Assembly: GCF_964204645.1 (NCBI RefSeq)
Contig: NC_134028.1
Location: 372,001-436,000, forward strand
DNA from: Tubulanus polymorphus
Lineage: Eukaryota; Animalia; Nemertea
Direction of reading: 5' to 3'
DNA: 64,000 nt
Shown: one piece after another, positions 30,001-45,000 of the stretch
Numbering within the stretch: position 1 is the stretch's first letter
Layout of the letters: every line of letters begins with the position of its first letter
Made by a program: the position numbers and the translations under genes
The notes under the pieces: model-generated
Database searches by the model: none
What the model was told of the DNA's origin: nothing
Seen by the model: the letters and a program-made list of their open reading frames with translations, nothing else

Positions 30001-33000
30001 TTCTTTCAACCTATCTATTTGAAATCAGTTCAGTACACCCTAACCCATCAATTAAGATAGAATTCATCATCTTTAGGACCCTATTTTGCAAGAAAAATCT
30101 GTATCTTTCAGTCCATCTACTCGAAATCAGTTCAGTTTACCTTACCCTATCATTTCAGATCGAGTCCATCATCTTCAGGAGCATAAATAGCCAGAAAATT
30201 CTTAACCTTTCCACCTATCTATTTGAAATCAGTTCAATACGCCTTAACACATCTTTTCAGATTGAATCCATCATCTTCAGAACCAAAAGCAGCCAGAAAA
30301 TTCTGATTCTTTCAACCTATCTATTTGAAATAAGTTCAGTGCACCCTAACCCATCAATTAAGATAGAATTCATCATCTTTAGGACCCTATTTTGCAAGAA
30401 AAATCTGTATCTTTCAGTCCATCTACTCGAAATCAGTTCAGTTTACCTTAACCTATCATTTCAGATCGAGTCCATCATCTTCAGGAGCATAAATAGCCAG
30501 AAAATTCTTAATCTTTCCACCTATCTATTTGAAATCAGTTCAATACGCCTTAACACATCTTTTCAGATTGAATCCATCATCTTCAGAACCAAAAGCAGCC
30601 AGAAAATTCTGATTCTTTCAACCTATCTATTAGAAATAAGTTCAGTACACCCTAACCCATCAATTAAGATAGAATTCATCATCTTTAGGACCCTATTTTG
30701 CAAGAAAAATCTGTATCTTTCAGTCAATCTACTCGAAATCAGTTCAGTTTACCTTAACCTATCATTTCAGATCGAGTCCATCATCTTCAGGAGCATAAAT
30801 AGCCAGAAAATTCTGAATCTTTCCGCCTATCTATTTGAAATCAGTTCAATACGCCTTAGCCCATCTTTTCAGATAGAGTTCATCATCTTCAGAACCAAAG
30901 GCAGCCAGAAAATTCTGATTCTTTCCACCTATCTATTTGAAATCAGTTCAGTTCACCCTAACCCATCAATTAAGATAGAATTCATCATCTTTAGGGCCCT
31001 ATTTTGCAAGAAAAATCTGTATCTTTCAGTCCATCTACTCGAAATCAGTTCAGTTTACCTTAACCTATCATTTCAGATCGAGTCCATCATCTTCAGGAGC
31101 ATAAATAGCCAGAAAATTCTCAATCTTTCCACCTATCTATTTGAAATCAGTTCAGTACACCCTAACCCATCAATTAAGATAGAACTCATCTACTTTAGGA
31201 CCCTATTTTGCAAGAAAAATCTGTATCTTTCAGTCCATCTACTCGAAATCAGTTCAGTCTACCTTAACCTATCATTTCAGATCGAGTCCATCATCTTCAG
31301 GAGCATAAATAGCCAGAAAATTCTGAATCTTTCCACCTATCTATTTGAAATCAGTTCAATTCGCCTAAACCCATCATTTCAGATTGAATCCATCATCTTC
31401 AGAACCAAAAGCAGCCAGAAAATTCTGATTCTTTCAATCTATCTATTTGAAATCAGTTCAGTACACCCTAACCCATCAATTAAGATAGAATTCATCATCT
31501 TTAGGACCCTATTTAGCAAGAAAAATCTGTATCTTTCAGTCCATCTACTCGAAATCAGTTCAGTCTACCTTAACCTATCATTTCAGATCGAGTCCATCAT
31601 CTTCAGGAGCATAAATAGCCAGAAAATTCTGAATCTTTCCACCTATCTATTTGAAATCAGTTCAATTCGCCTAAACCCATCATTTCAGATTGAATCCATC
31701 ATCTTCAGAACCAAAAGCAGCCAGAAAATTCTGATTCTTTCAACCTTTCTATTTGAAATCAGTTCAGTACACCCTATCCCATTAATTAAGATAGAATTCA
31801 TCATCTTTAGGACCCTATTTTGCAACAAAAATCTGTATCTTTCATGCCATCTACTCGGAATCAATTCACTTTACCTTAACCTATCATTTCAGATCGAGTC
31901 CATCATCTTCAGGAGCATAAATAGCCAGAAAATTCTTAATCTTTCCACCTATCTATTTGAAATCAGTTCAATACGCCTTAACCCATCTTTTCAGATTGAA
32001 TCAATCAACTTCAGAAGTATAAGTAGTCAGAAAATTCTGAATCTTTCAACCAATCTATTAAACATCAGTTCAGTACACCCTAACCCAACAATTAAGATAG
32101 AATTCATCATCTTTAGGACCCTATTTTTCAAGAAAAATCTGTATCTTTCAGTCCATCTACTCGAAATCAGTTCAGTTTACCTTAACCTATCATTTCAGAT
32201 CGAGTCCATCATCTTCAGGAGCATAAATAGCCAGAAAATTCTTAATCTTTCCACCTATCTATTTGAAATCAGTTCAGTACACCCTAACCCATAAATTAAG
32301 ATAGAATTCATCATCTTTAGGACCCTATTTTGCAAGAAAAATCTGTATCTTTCAGTCCATCTACTCGAAATCAGTTCAGTCTACCTTAACCTATCATTTC
32401 AAATCGAGTCCATCATCTTCAGGAGCATAAATAGCCAGAAAATTCTTAATCTTTCCACCTATCTATTTGAAATCAGTTCAATACGCCTTAACACATCTTT
32501 TCAGATTGAATCCATCATCTTCAGAACCAAAAGCAGCCAGAAAATTCTGATTCTTTCAACCTATCTATTTGAAATAAGTTCAGTACACCCTAACCCATCA
32601 ATTAAGATAGAATTCATCATCTTTAGGACCCTATTTTGCAAGAAAAATCTGTATCTTTCAGTCCATCTACTCGAAATCAGTTCAGTTTACCTTAACCTAT
32701 CATTTCAGATCGAGTCCATCATCTTCAGGAGCATAAATAGCCAGAAAATTCTTAATCTTTCCACCTATCTATTTGAAATCAGTTCAATACGCCTTAACCC
32801 ATCTTTTCAGATTGAATCCATCATCTTCAGAACCAAAAGCAGCCAGAAAATTCTGATTCTTTCCACCTATCTATTTGAAATCAGTTCAGTACACCCCAAC
32901 CCATCAATTAAGATAGAATTCATCATCTTTAGGACCCTATTTTGCAACAAAAATCTGTATCTTTCAGTCCATCTACTCGAAATCAGTTCAGTTTACCTTA

Positions 33001-36000
33001 ACCTATCATTTCAGATCGAGTCCATCATCTTCAGGAGCATAAATAGCCAGAAAATTCTTAATCTTTCCACCTATCTATTTGAAATCAGTTCAGTACACCC
33101 TAACCCATCAATTAAGATAGAACTCATCATCTTTAGGACCCTATTTTGCAAGAAAAATCTGTATCTTTCAGTCCATCTACTCGAAATCAGTTCAGTCTAC
33201 CTTAACCTATCATTTCAGATCGAGTCCATCATCTTCAGGAGCATAAATAGCCAGAAAATTCTTAATCTTTCCACCTATCTATTTGAAATCAGTTCAATAC
33301 GCCTTAACACATCTTTTCAGATTGAATCCATCATCTTCAGAACCAAAAGCAGCCAGAAAATTCTGATTCTTTCAACCTATCTATTTGAAATCAGTTCAGT
33401 ACACCCTAACCCATCAATTAAGATAGAATTCATCATCTTTAGGACCCTATTTTGCAACAAAAATCTGTATCTTTCAGTCCATCTACTCGAAATCAGTTCA
33501 GTTTACCTTAACCTATCATTTCAGATCGAGTCCATCATCTTCAGGAGCATAAATAGCCAGAAAATTCTTAATCTTTCCACCTATCTATTTGAAATCAGTT
33601 CAGTACACCCTAACCCAACAATTAAGATAGAACTCATCATCTTTAGGACCCTATTTTGCAAGAAAAATCTGTATCTTTCAGTCCATCTACTCGAAATCAG
33701 TTCAGTCTACCTTAACCTATCATTTCAGATCGAGTCCATCATCTTCAGGAGCATAAATAGCCAGAAAATTCTTAATCTTTCCACCTATCTATTTGAAATC
33801 AGTTCAATACGCCTTAACACATCTTTTCAGATTGAATCCATCATCTTCAGAACCAAAAGCAGCCAGAAAATTCTGATTCTTTCAACCTATCTATTTGAAA
33901 TCAGTTCAGTACACCCTAACCCATCAATTAAGATAGAACTCATCATCTTTAGGACCCTATTTTGCAAGAAAAATCTGTATCTTTCAGTCCATCTACTCGA
34001 AATCAGTTCAGTCTACCTTAACCTATCATTTCGGATTGAGTCCATCATCTTCAGAACCAAAAGCAGCCAGAAAATTCTGATTCTTTCAACCTATCTATTT
34101 GAAATCAGTTCAGTATACCCTAACCCATCAATTAAGATAGAATTCATCATCTTTAGGACCCTATTTTGCAAGAAAAATCTGTATCTTTCAGTCCATCTAC
34201 TCGAAATCAGTTCAGTCTACCTTAACCTATCATTTCAGATCGAGTCCATCATCCTCAAGAGCATAAATAGCCAGGAAATTCTTAATCTTTCCACCTATCT
34301 ATTCGAAATCAGTTCAATACGCCTTAACACATCTTTTCAGATTGAATCCATCATCTTCAGAACCAAAGGCAGCCAGAAAATTCTGATTCTTTCGACCTAT
34401 CGATTTGAAATCAGTTCAGTACACCCTAACCCATCAATTAAGATAGAACTCATCATCTTTAGGACCCTATTTTGAAAGAAAAATCTGTATCTTTCAGTCC
34501 ATCTACTCGAAATCAGTTCAGTCTACCTTAACCTATCATTTCAGATCGAGTCCATCATCTTCAGGAGCATAAATAGCCAGAAAATTCTTAATCTTTCCAC
34601 CTATATATTTGAAATCAGTTCAATACGCCTTAACCCATCTTTTCAGATTGAATCAATCAACTTCAGAAGTATAAGTAGTCAGAAAATTCTGAATCTTTCC
34701 ACCTATCTATTTGAAATCAGTTCAGTACACCCTAACCCATCAATTAAGATAGAATTCATCATCTTTAGGACCCTATTTTGCAAGAAAAATCTGTATCTTT
34801 CAGTCCATCTACTCGAAATCAGTTCAGTCTACCTTAACCTATCATTTCAGATCGAGTCCATCATCTTCAGGAGCATAAATAGCCAGAAAATTCTTAATCT
34901 TTCCACCTATCTATTTGAAATCAGTTCCATAGCCTTAGCCCATCTTTTCAGATTGAGTCCATCATCTTCAGAACCAAAGGCAGCCAGAAAATTCTGATTC
35001 TTTCCATCTATTTGAAATCAGTTCAGTACATCCTATCCCATTAATTAAGATAGAATTCATCATCTTTAGGACCCTATTTTGCAACAAAAATCTGTATCTT
35101 TCATCCCATCTACTCGAAATCAGTTCAGTTTACCTTAACCTATCATTTCAGATCGAGTCCATCATCTTCAGGAGCATAAATAGCCAGAAAATTCTGAATC
35201 TTTCCACCTATCTATTTGAAATCAGTTCAATACGCCTTAACCTATCATTTCAGATCGAATCCATCATCTTCAGGAGCATAAATAGCCAGAAAATTCTTAA
35301 TCTTTCCACCTATCTATTTGAAATCAGTTCAGTACACCCTAACCCATCAATTAAGATAGAATTCATCATCTTTAGGACCCTATTTTGCATGAAAAATCTG
35401 TATCTTTCAGTCCATCTACTCGAAATCAGTTCAGTTTACCTTAACCTATCGTTTTAGATCGAGTCCATCATCTTCAGGAGCATAAATAGCCAGAAAATTC
35501 TTAATCTTTCCACCTATCTATTTGAAATCAGTTCAGTACACCCTAACCCATCAATTAAGATAGAACTCATCATCTTTAGGACCCTATTTTGCAACAAAAA
35601 TCTGTATCTTTCAGTCCATCTACTCGAAATCAGTTCAGTCTACCTTAACCTATCATTTCAGATCGAGTCCATCATCTTCAGGAGCATAAGTACCCAGAAA
35701 ATTCTGAATCTTTCCACCTATCTATTTGAAATCAGTTCAATACGCCTTAACACATCTTTTCAGATTGAATCCATCATCTTCAGAACCAAAAGCAGCCAGA
35801 AAATTCTGATTCTTTCAACCTATCTATTTGAAATAAGTTCAGTACACCCTAACCCATCAATTAAGATAGAATTCATCATCTTTAGGACCCTATTTTGCAA
35901 GAAAAATCTGTATCTTTCAGTCCATCTACTCAAAATCAGTTCAGTTTACCTTAACCTATCATTTCAGATCGAGTCCATCATCTTCAGGAGCATAAATAGC

Positions 36001-39000
36001 CAGAAAATTCTGAATCTTTCCACCTATCTATTTGAAATCAGTTCCATACGCCTTAGCCCATCTTTTCAGATTGAGTCCATCATCTTCAGAACCAAAGGCA
36101 GCCAGAAAATTCTGATTCTTTCCACCTATCTATTTGAAATCAGTTCAGTTAACCCTAACCCATCAATTAAGATAGAATTCATCATCTTTAGGACCCTATT
36201 TTGCAAGAAAAATCTGTATCTTTCAGTCCATCTACTCGAAATCAGTTCAGTTTACCTTAACCTATCATTTCAGATCGAGTCCATCATCTTCAGGAGCATA
36301 AATAGCCAGAAAAGTCTTAATCTTTCCACCTATCTATTTGAAATCAGTTCAATACGCCTTAGCCCATCTTTTCAGATTGAGTCCATCATCTTCAGAACCA
36401 AAAGCAACCAGAAAATTCTGATTCTTTCAACCTATCTATTTGAAATCAGTTCAGTACACCCTAACCCATCAATTAAGATAGAATTCATCATCTTTAGGAC
36501 CCTATTTTGCAAGAAAAATCTGTATCTTTCAGTCCATCTACTCGAAATCAGTTCAGTCTACCTTACCCTATCATTTCAGATCGAGTCCATCATCTTCAGG
36601 AGCATAAATAGCCAGAAAATTCTTAATCTTTCCACCTATCTATTTGAAATCAGTTCAATACGCCTTAACACATCTTTTCAGATTGAATCCATCATCTTCA
36701 GAACCAAAGGCAGCCAGAAAATTCTGATTCTTTCCACCTATCTATTTGAAATCAGTTCAGTACACCCTAACCCATCAATTAAGATAGAACTCATCATCTT
36801 TAGGACCCTATTTTTAAAGAAAAATCTGTATCTTTCAGTCCATCTACTCGAAATCAGTTCAGTCTACCTTAACCTATCATATCAGATCGAGTCCATCATC
36901 TTCAGGAGCATAAGTACCCAGAAAATTCTGAATCTTTCCACCTATCTATTTGAAATCATTTCAATACGGCTTAACACATCTTTTCAGATTGAATCCATCA
37001 TCTTCAGAACCAAAAGCAACCAGATATTCTGATTCTTTCAACCTATCTATTTGAAATCAGTTCAGTACACCCTAACCCATCAATTAAGATAGAATTCATC
37101 ATCTTTAGGACCCTATTTTGCAAGAAAAATCTGTATCTTTCAGTCCATCTACTCGAAATCAGTTCAGTCTACCTTACCCTATCATTTCAGATCGAGTCCA
37201 TCATCTTCAGGAGCATAAATAGCCAGAAAATTCTTAATCTTTCCACCTATCTATTTGGAATCAGTTCAATACGCCTTAACACATTTTTTCAGATTGAATC
37301 CATCATCTTCAGAACCAAAAGCAGCCAGAAAATTCTGATTCTTTCAACCTATCTATTTGAAATCAGTTCAGTACACCCTAACCCATCAATTAAGAAAGAA
37401 TTCATCATCTTTAGGACCCTATTTAGCAAGAAAAATCTGTATCTTTCAGTCCATCTACTTGAAATCAGTTCAGTCTACCTTAACCTATCATTTCAGATCG
37501 AGTCCATCATCTTCAGGAGCATAAATAGCCAGAAAATTCTGAATCTTTCCACCTATCTATTTGAAATCAGTTCAATTCGCCTAAACCCATCATTTCAGAT
37601 TGAATCCATCATCTTCAGAACCAAAAGCAGCCAGAAATTTCTGATTCTTTCAACCTTTCTATTTGAGATCAGTTCAGTACACCCTATCCCATTAATTAAG
37701 ATAGAATTCATCATCTTTAGGACCCTATTTTGCAACAAAAATCTGTATCTTTCATCCCATCTACTCGGAATCAGTTCAGTTTACCTAAACCTATCATTTC
37801 AGATCGAGTCCATCATCTTCAGGAGCATAAATAGCCAGAAAATTCTTAATCTTTCCACCTATCTATTTGAAATCAGTTCCATACGCCTTAGCCCATCTTT
37901 TCAGATTGAGTCCATCATCTTCAGAACCAAAGGCAGCCAGAAAATTCTGATTCTTTCCACCTATCTATTTGAAATCAGTTCAGTTCACCCTAACCCATCA
38001 ATTAAGATAGAATTCATCATCTTTAGGACCCTATTTAGCAAGAAAAATCTGTATCTTTCAGTCCATCTACTCGAAATCAGTTCAGTCTACCTTAACCTAT
38101 CATTTCAGATCGAGTCCATCATCTTCAGGAGCATAAATAGCCAGAAAATTCTGAATCTTTCCACCTATCTATTTGAAATCAGTTCAATTCGCCTAAACCC
38201 ATCATTTCAGATTGAATCCATCATCTTCAGAACCAAAAGCAGCCAGAAAATTCTGATTCTTTCAACCTATCTATTTGAAATCAGTTCAGTACACCCTATC
38301 TCATTAATTAAGATAGAATTCATCATCTTTAGGACCCTATTTTGCAACAAAAATCTGTATCTTTCATCCCATCTACTCGGAATCAGTTCAGTTTACCTTA
38401 ACCTATCATTTCAGATCCAGTCCATCATCTTCAGGAGCATAAATAGCCAGAAAATTCTTAATCTTTCCACCTATCTATTTGAAATCAGTTCAATACGCCT
38501 TAACCCATCTTTTCAGATTGAATCAATCAACTTCAGAAGTATAAGTAGTCAGAATATTCTGAATCTTTCAACCAATCTATTGAACATCAGTTCAGTACAC
38601 CCTAACCCATCAATTAAGATAGAATTCATCATCTTTAGGACCCTATTTTGCAAGAAAAATCTGTATCTTTCAGTCCATCTGCTCGAAATCAGTTCAGTTT
38701 ACCTTAACCTATCATTTCAGATCGAGTCCATCATCTTCAGGAGCATAAATAGCCAGAAAATTCTTAATCTTTCCACCTATCTATTTGAAATCAGTTCAAT
38801 ACGTTTTAGCCCATCTTTTCAGATTGAGTCCATCATCTTCAGAACCAAAGGCAGCCAGAAAATTCTGATTCTTTCCACCTATCTATTTGAAATCAGTTCA
38901 GTTCACCCTAACCCATCAATTAAGATAGAATTCATCATCTTTAGGACCCTATTTTGCAAGAAAAATCTGTATCTTTCAGTCCATCTACTCGAAATCAGTT

Positions 39001-42000
39001 CAGTTTACCTTAGCCTATCATTTCAGATCGAGTCCATCATCTTCAGGAGCATAAATAGCCAGAAAATTCTTAATCTTTCCACCTATCTATTTGAAATCAG
39101 TTCAGTACACCCTAACCCATCAATTAAGATAGAATTCATCATCTTTAGGACCCTATTTTGCAACAAAAATCTGTATCTTTCATCCCATCTACTCGGAATC
39201 AGTTCAGTTTACCTTAACCTATCATTTCAGATCGAGTCCATCATCTTCAGGAGCATAAATAGCCAGAAAATTCTTAATCTTTCCACCTATCTATTTGAAA
39301 TCAGTTCAATACGCCTTAACCCATCTTTTCAGATTGAGTCCATCATCTTCAGAACCAAAGGCAGCCAGAAAATTCTTATTCTTTCCACCTATCTATTTGA
39401 AATCAGTTCAGTTCACCCTAACCCATCAATTAAGATAGAATTCATCATCTTTAGGACCCTATTTTGCAAGAAAAATCTGTATCTTTCAGTCCATCTACTC
39501 GAAATCAGTTCAGTTTACCTTAACCTATCATTTCAGATCGAGTCCATCATCTTCAGGAGGATAAGTACCAAGAAAATTCTGAATCTTTCCACCTATCTAT
39601 TTGAAATCAGTTCAATACGCCTTAACACATCTTTTCAGATTGAATCCATCATCTTCAGAACCAAAAGCAGCCAGAAAATTCTGATTCTTTCAACCTATCT
39701 ATTTGAAATCAGTTCAGTACACCCTAACCCATCAATTAAGATAGAATTCATCATCTTTAGGACCCTATTTTGCAAGAAAAATCTGTATCTTTCAGTCCAT
39801 CTACTCGAAATCAGTTCAGTTTACCTTAACCTATCGTTTCAGATCGAGTCCATCATCTTCAGGAGCATAAATAGCCAGAAAATTCTTAATCTTTCCACCT
39901 ATCTATTTGAAATCAGTTCAGTACACCCTAACCCATCAATTAAGATAGAATTCATCATCTTTAGGACCCTATTTTGCAAGAAAAATCTGTATCTTTCAGT
40001 CCATCTACTCGAAATCAGTTCGGTTTTCCTTACCCTATCATTTCAGATCGAGTCCATCATCTTCAGGAGCATAAATAGCCAGAAAATTCTTAATCTTTCC
40101 ACCTATCTATTTGAAATCAGTTCAATACGCCTTAGCCCATCTTTTCAGATTGAGTCCATCATCTTCAGAACCAAAGGCAGCCAGAAAATTCTGATTCTTT
40201 CCACCTATCTATTGAAAATCAGTTCAGTCCTAACCCAACAATTAAGATAGAATTCATCATCTTTAGGACCCTATTTTGCAAGAAAAATCTGTATCTTTCA
40301 GTCCATCTACTCGAAATCAGTTCAGTTTACCTTAACCTATCATTTCAGATCGAGTCCATCATCTTCAGGAGCATAAATAGCCAGAAAATTCTTAATCTTT
40401 CCACCTATCTATTTGAAATCAGTTCAGTACACCCTAACCCATCAATTAAGATAGAATTCATCATCTTTAGGACCCTATTTTGCAAGAAAAATCTGTATCT
40501 TTCAGTCCATCTACTCGAAATCAGTTCGGTTTTCCTTACCCTATCATTTCAGATCGAGTCCATCATCTTCAGGAGCATAAATAGCCAGAAAATTCTTAAT
40601 CTTTCCACCTATCTATTTGAAATCAGTTCAATACGCCTTAGCCCATCTTTTCAGATTGAGTCCATCATCTTCAGAACCAAAGGCAGCCAGAAAATTCTGA
40701 TTCTTTCCACCTATCTATTGAAAATCAGTTCAGTCCTAACCCAACAATTAAGATAGAATTCATCATCTTTAGGACCCTATTTTGCAAGAAAAATCTGTAT
40801 CTTTCAGTCCATCTACTCGAAATCAGTTCAGTTTACCTTAACCTATCATTTCAGATCGAGTCCATCATCTTCAGGAGCATAAATAGCCAGAAAATTCTTA
40901 ATCTTTCCATCTATCTATTTGAAATCAGTTCAATACGCCTTAGCCCATCTTTTAGATCGAGTCCATCATCTTCAGGAGCATAAATAGCCAGAAAATTCTT
41001 AATCTTTCCACCTATCTATTTGAAATCAGTTCAATACGCCTTAACACATCTTTTCAGATTGAATCCATCATCTTCAGAACCAAAAGCAGCCAGAAAATTC
41101 TGATTCTTTCAACCTATCTATTTGAAATCAGTTCAGTACACCCTAACCCATCAATTAAGATAGAATTCATCATCTTTAGGACCCTATTTTGCAAGAAAAA
41201 TCTGTATCTTTCAGTCCATCTACTCGAAATCAGTTCAGTTTACCTTACCCTATCATTTCAGATCGAGTCCATCATCTTCAGGAGCATAAATAGCCAGAAA
41301 ATTCTTAACCTTTCCACCTATCTATTTGAAATCAGTTCAATACGCCTTAACACATCTTTTCAGATTGAATCCATCATCTTCAGAACCAAAAGCAGCCAGA
41401 AAATTCTGATTCTTTCAACCTATCTATTTGAAATAAGTTCAGTGCACCCTAACCCATCAATTAAGATAGAATTCATCATCTTTAGGACCCTATTTTGCAA
41501 GAAAAATCTGTATCTTTCAGTCCATCTACTCGAAATCAGTTCAGTTTACCTTAACCTATCATTTCAGATCGAGTCCATCATCTTCAGGAGCATAAATAGC
41601 CAGAAAATTCTTAATCTTTCCACCTATCTATTTGAAATCAGTTCAATACGCCTTAACACATCTTTTCAGATTGAATCCATCATCTTCAGAACCAAAAGCA
41701 GCCAGAAAATTCTGATTCTTTCAACCTATCTATTAGAAATAAGTTCAGTACACCCTAACCCATCAATTAAGATAGAATTCATCATCTTTAGGACCCTATT
41801 TTGCAAGAAAAATCTGTATCTTTCAGTCAATCTACTCGAAATCAGTTCAGTTTACCTTAACCTATCATTTCAGATCGAGTCCATCATCTTCAGGAGCATA
41901 AATAGCCAGAAAATTCTGAATCTTTCCGCCTATCTATTTGAAATCAGTTCAATACGCCTTAGCCCATCTTTTCAGATAGAGTTCATCATCTTCAGAACCA

Positions 42001-45000
42001 AAGGCAGCCAGAAAATTCTGATTCTTTCCACCTATCTATTTGAAATCAGTTCAGTTCACCCTAACCCATCAATTAAGATAGAATTCATCATCTTTAGGGC
42101 CCTATTTTGCAAGAAAAATCTGTATCTTTCAGTCCATCTACTCGAAATCAGTTCAGTTTACCTTAACCTATCATTTCAGATCGAGTCCATCATCTTCAGG
42201 AGCATAAATAGCCAGAAAATTCTCAATCTTTCCACCTATCTATTTGAAATCAGTTCAGTACACCCTAACCCATCAATTAAGATAGAACTCATCTACTTTA
42301 GGACCCTATTTTGCAAGAAAAATCTGTATCTTTCAGTCCATCTACTCGAAATCAGTTCAGTCTACCTTAACCTATCATTTCAGATCGAGTCCATCATCTT
42401 CAGGAGCATAAATAGCCAGAAAATTCTGAATCTTTCCACCTATCTATTTGAAATCAGTTCAATTCGCCTAAACCCATCATTTCAGATTGAATCCATCATC
42501 TTCAGAACCAAAAGCAGCCAGAAAATTCTGATTCTTTCAATCTATCTATTTGAAATCAGTTCAGTACACCCTAACCCATCAATTAAGATAGAATTCATCA
42601 TCTTTAGGACCCTATTTAGCAAGAAAAATCTGTATCTTTCAGTCCATCTACTCGAAATCAGTTCAGTCTACCTTAACCTATCATTTCAGATCGAGTCCAT
42701 CATCTTCAGGAGCATAAATAGCCAGAAAATTCTGAATCTTTCCACCTATCTATTTGAAATCAGTTCAATTCGCCTAAACCCATCATTTCAGATTGAATCC
42801 ATCATCTTCAGAACCAAAAGCAGCCAGAAAATTCTGATTCTTTCAACCTTTCTATTTGAAATCAGTTCAGTACACCCTATCCCATTAATTAAGATAGAAT
42901 TCATCATCTTTAGGACCCTATTTTGCAACAAAAATCTGTATCTTTCATGCATTCTACTCGGAATCAATTCACTTTACCTTAACCTATCATTTCAGATCGA
43001 GTCCATCATCTTCAGGAGCATAAATAGCCAGAAAATTCTTAATCTTTCCACCTATCTATTTGAAATCAGTTCAATACGCCTTAACCCATCTTTTCAGATT
43101 GAATCAATCAACTTCAGAAGTATAAGTAGTCAGAAAATTCTGAATCTTTCAACCAATCTATTAAACATCAGTTCAGTACACCCTAACCCAACAATTAAGA
43201 TAGAATTCATCATCTTTAGGACCCTATTTTTCAAGAAAAATCTGTATCTTTCAGTCCATCTACTCGAAATCAGTTCAGTTTACCTTAACCTATCATTTCA
43301 GATCGAGTCCATCATCTTCAGGAGCATAAATAGCCAGAAAATTCTGAATCTTTCCACCTATCTATTTGAAATCAGTTCAATACGCCTTAACCCATCTTTT
43401 CAGATTGAATCCATCATCTTCAGAACCAAAAGCAGCCAGAAAATTCTGATTCTTTCCACCTATCTATTTGAAATCAGTTCAGTACACCCCAACCCATCAA
43501 TTAAGATAGAATTCATCTACTTTAGGACCCTATTTTGCAACAAAAATCTGTATCTTTCAGTCCATCTACTCGAAATCAGTTCAGTTTACCTTAACCTATC
43601 ATTTCAGATCGAGTCCATCATCTTCAGGAGCATAAATAGCCAGAAAATTCTTAATCTTTCCACCTATCTATTTGAAATCAGTTCAGTACACCCTAACCCA
43701 TAAATTAAGATAGAATTCATCATCTTTAGGACCCTATTTTGCAAGAAAAATCTGTATCTTTCAGTCCATCTACTCGAAATCAGTTCAGTCTACCTTAACC
43801 TATCATTTCAAATCGAGTCCATCATCTTCAGGAGCATAAATAGCCAGAAAATTCTTAATCTTTCCACCTATCTATTTGAAATCAGTTCAATACGCCTTAA
43901 CACATCTTTTCAGATTGAATCCATCATCTTCAGAACCAAAAGCAGCCAGAAAATTCTGATTCTTTCAACCTATCTATTTGAAATAAGTTCAGTACACCCT
44001 AACCCATCAATTAAGATAGAATTCATCATCTTTAGGACCCTATTTTGCAAGAAAAATCTGTATCTTTCAGTCCATCTACTCGAAATCAGTTCAGTTTACC
44101 TTAACCTATCATTTCAGATCGAGTCCATCATCTTCAGGAGCATAAATAGCCAGAAAATTCTTAATCTTTCCACCTATCTATTTGAAATCAGTTCAATACG
44201 CCTTAACCCATCTTTTCAGATTGAATCCATCATCTTCAGAACCAAAAGCAGCCAGAAAATTCTGATTCTTTCCACCTATCTATTTGAAATCAGTTCAGTA
44301 CACCCCAACCCATCAATTAAGATAGAATTCATCATCTTTAGGACCCTATTTTGCAACAAAAATCTGTATCTTTCAGTCCATCTACTCGAAATCAGTTCAG
44401 TTTACCTTAACCTATCATTTCAGATCGAGTCCATCATCTTCAGGAGCATAAATAGCCAGAAAATTCTTAATCTTTCCACCTATCTATTTGAAATCAGTTC
44501 AGTACACCCTAACCCATCAATTAAGATAGAACTCATCATCTTTAGGACCCTATTTTGCAAGAAAAATCTGTATCTTTCAGTCCATCTACTCGAAATCAGT
44601 TCAGTCTACCTTAACCTATCATTTCAGATCGAGTCCATCATCTTCAGGAGCATAAATAGCCAGAAAATTCTTAATCTTTCCACCTATCTATTTGAAATCA
44701 GTTCAATACGCCTTAACACATCTTTTCAGATTGAATCCATCATCTTCAGAACCAAAAGCAGCCAGAAAATTCTGATTCTTTCAACCTATCTATTTGAAAT
44801 CAGTTCAGTACACCCTAACCCATCAATTAAGATAGAATTCATCATCTTTAGGACCCTATTTTGCAAGAAAAATCTGTATCTTTCAGTCCATCTACTCGAA
44901 ATCAGTTCAGTTTACCTTAACCTATCATTTCAGATCGAGTCCATCATCTTCAGGAGCATAAATAACCAGAAAATTCTTAATCTTTCCACCTATCTATTTG

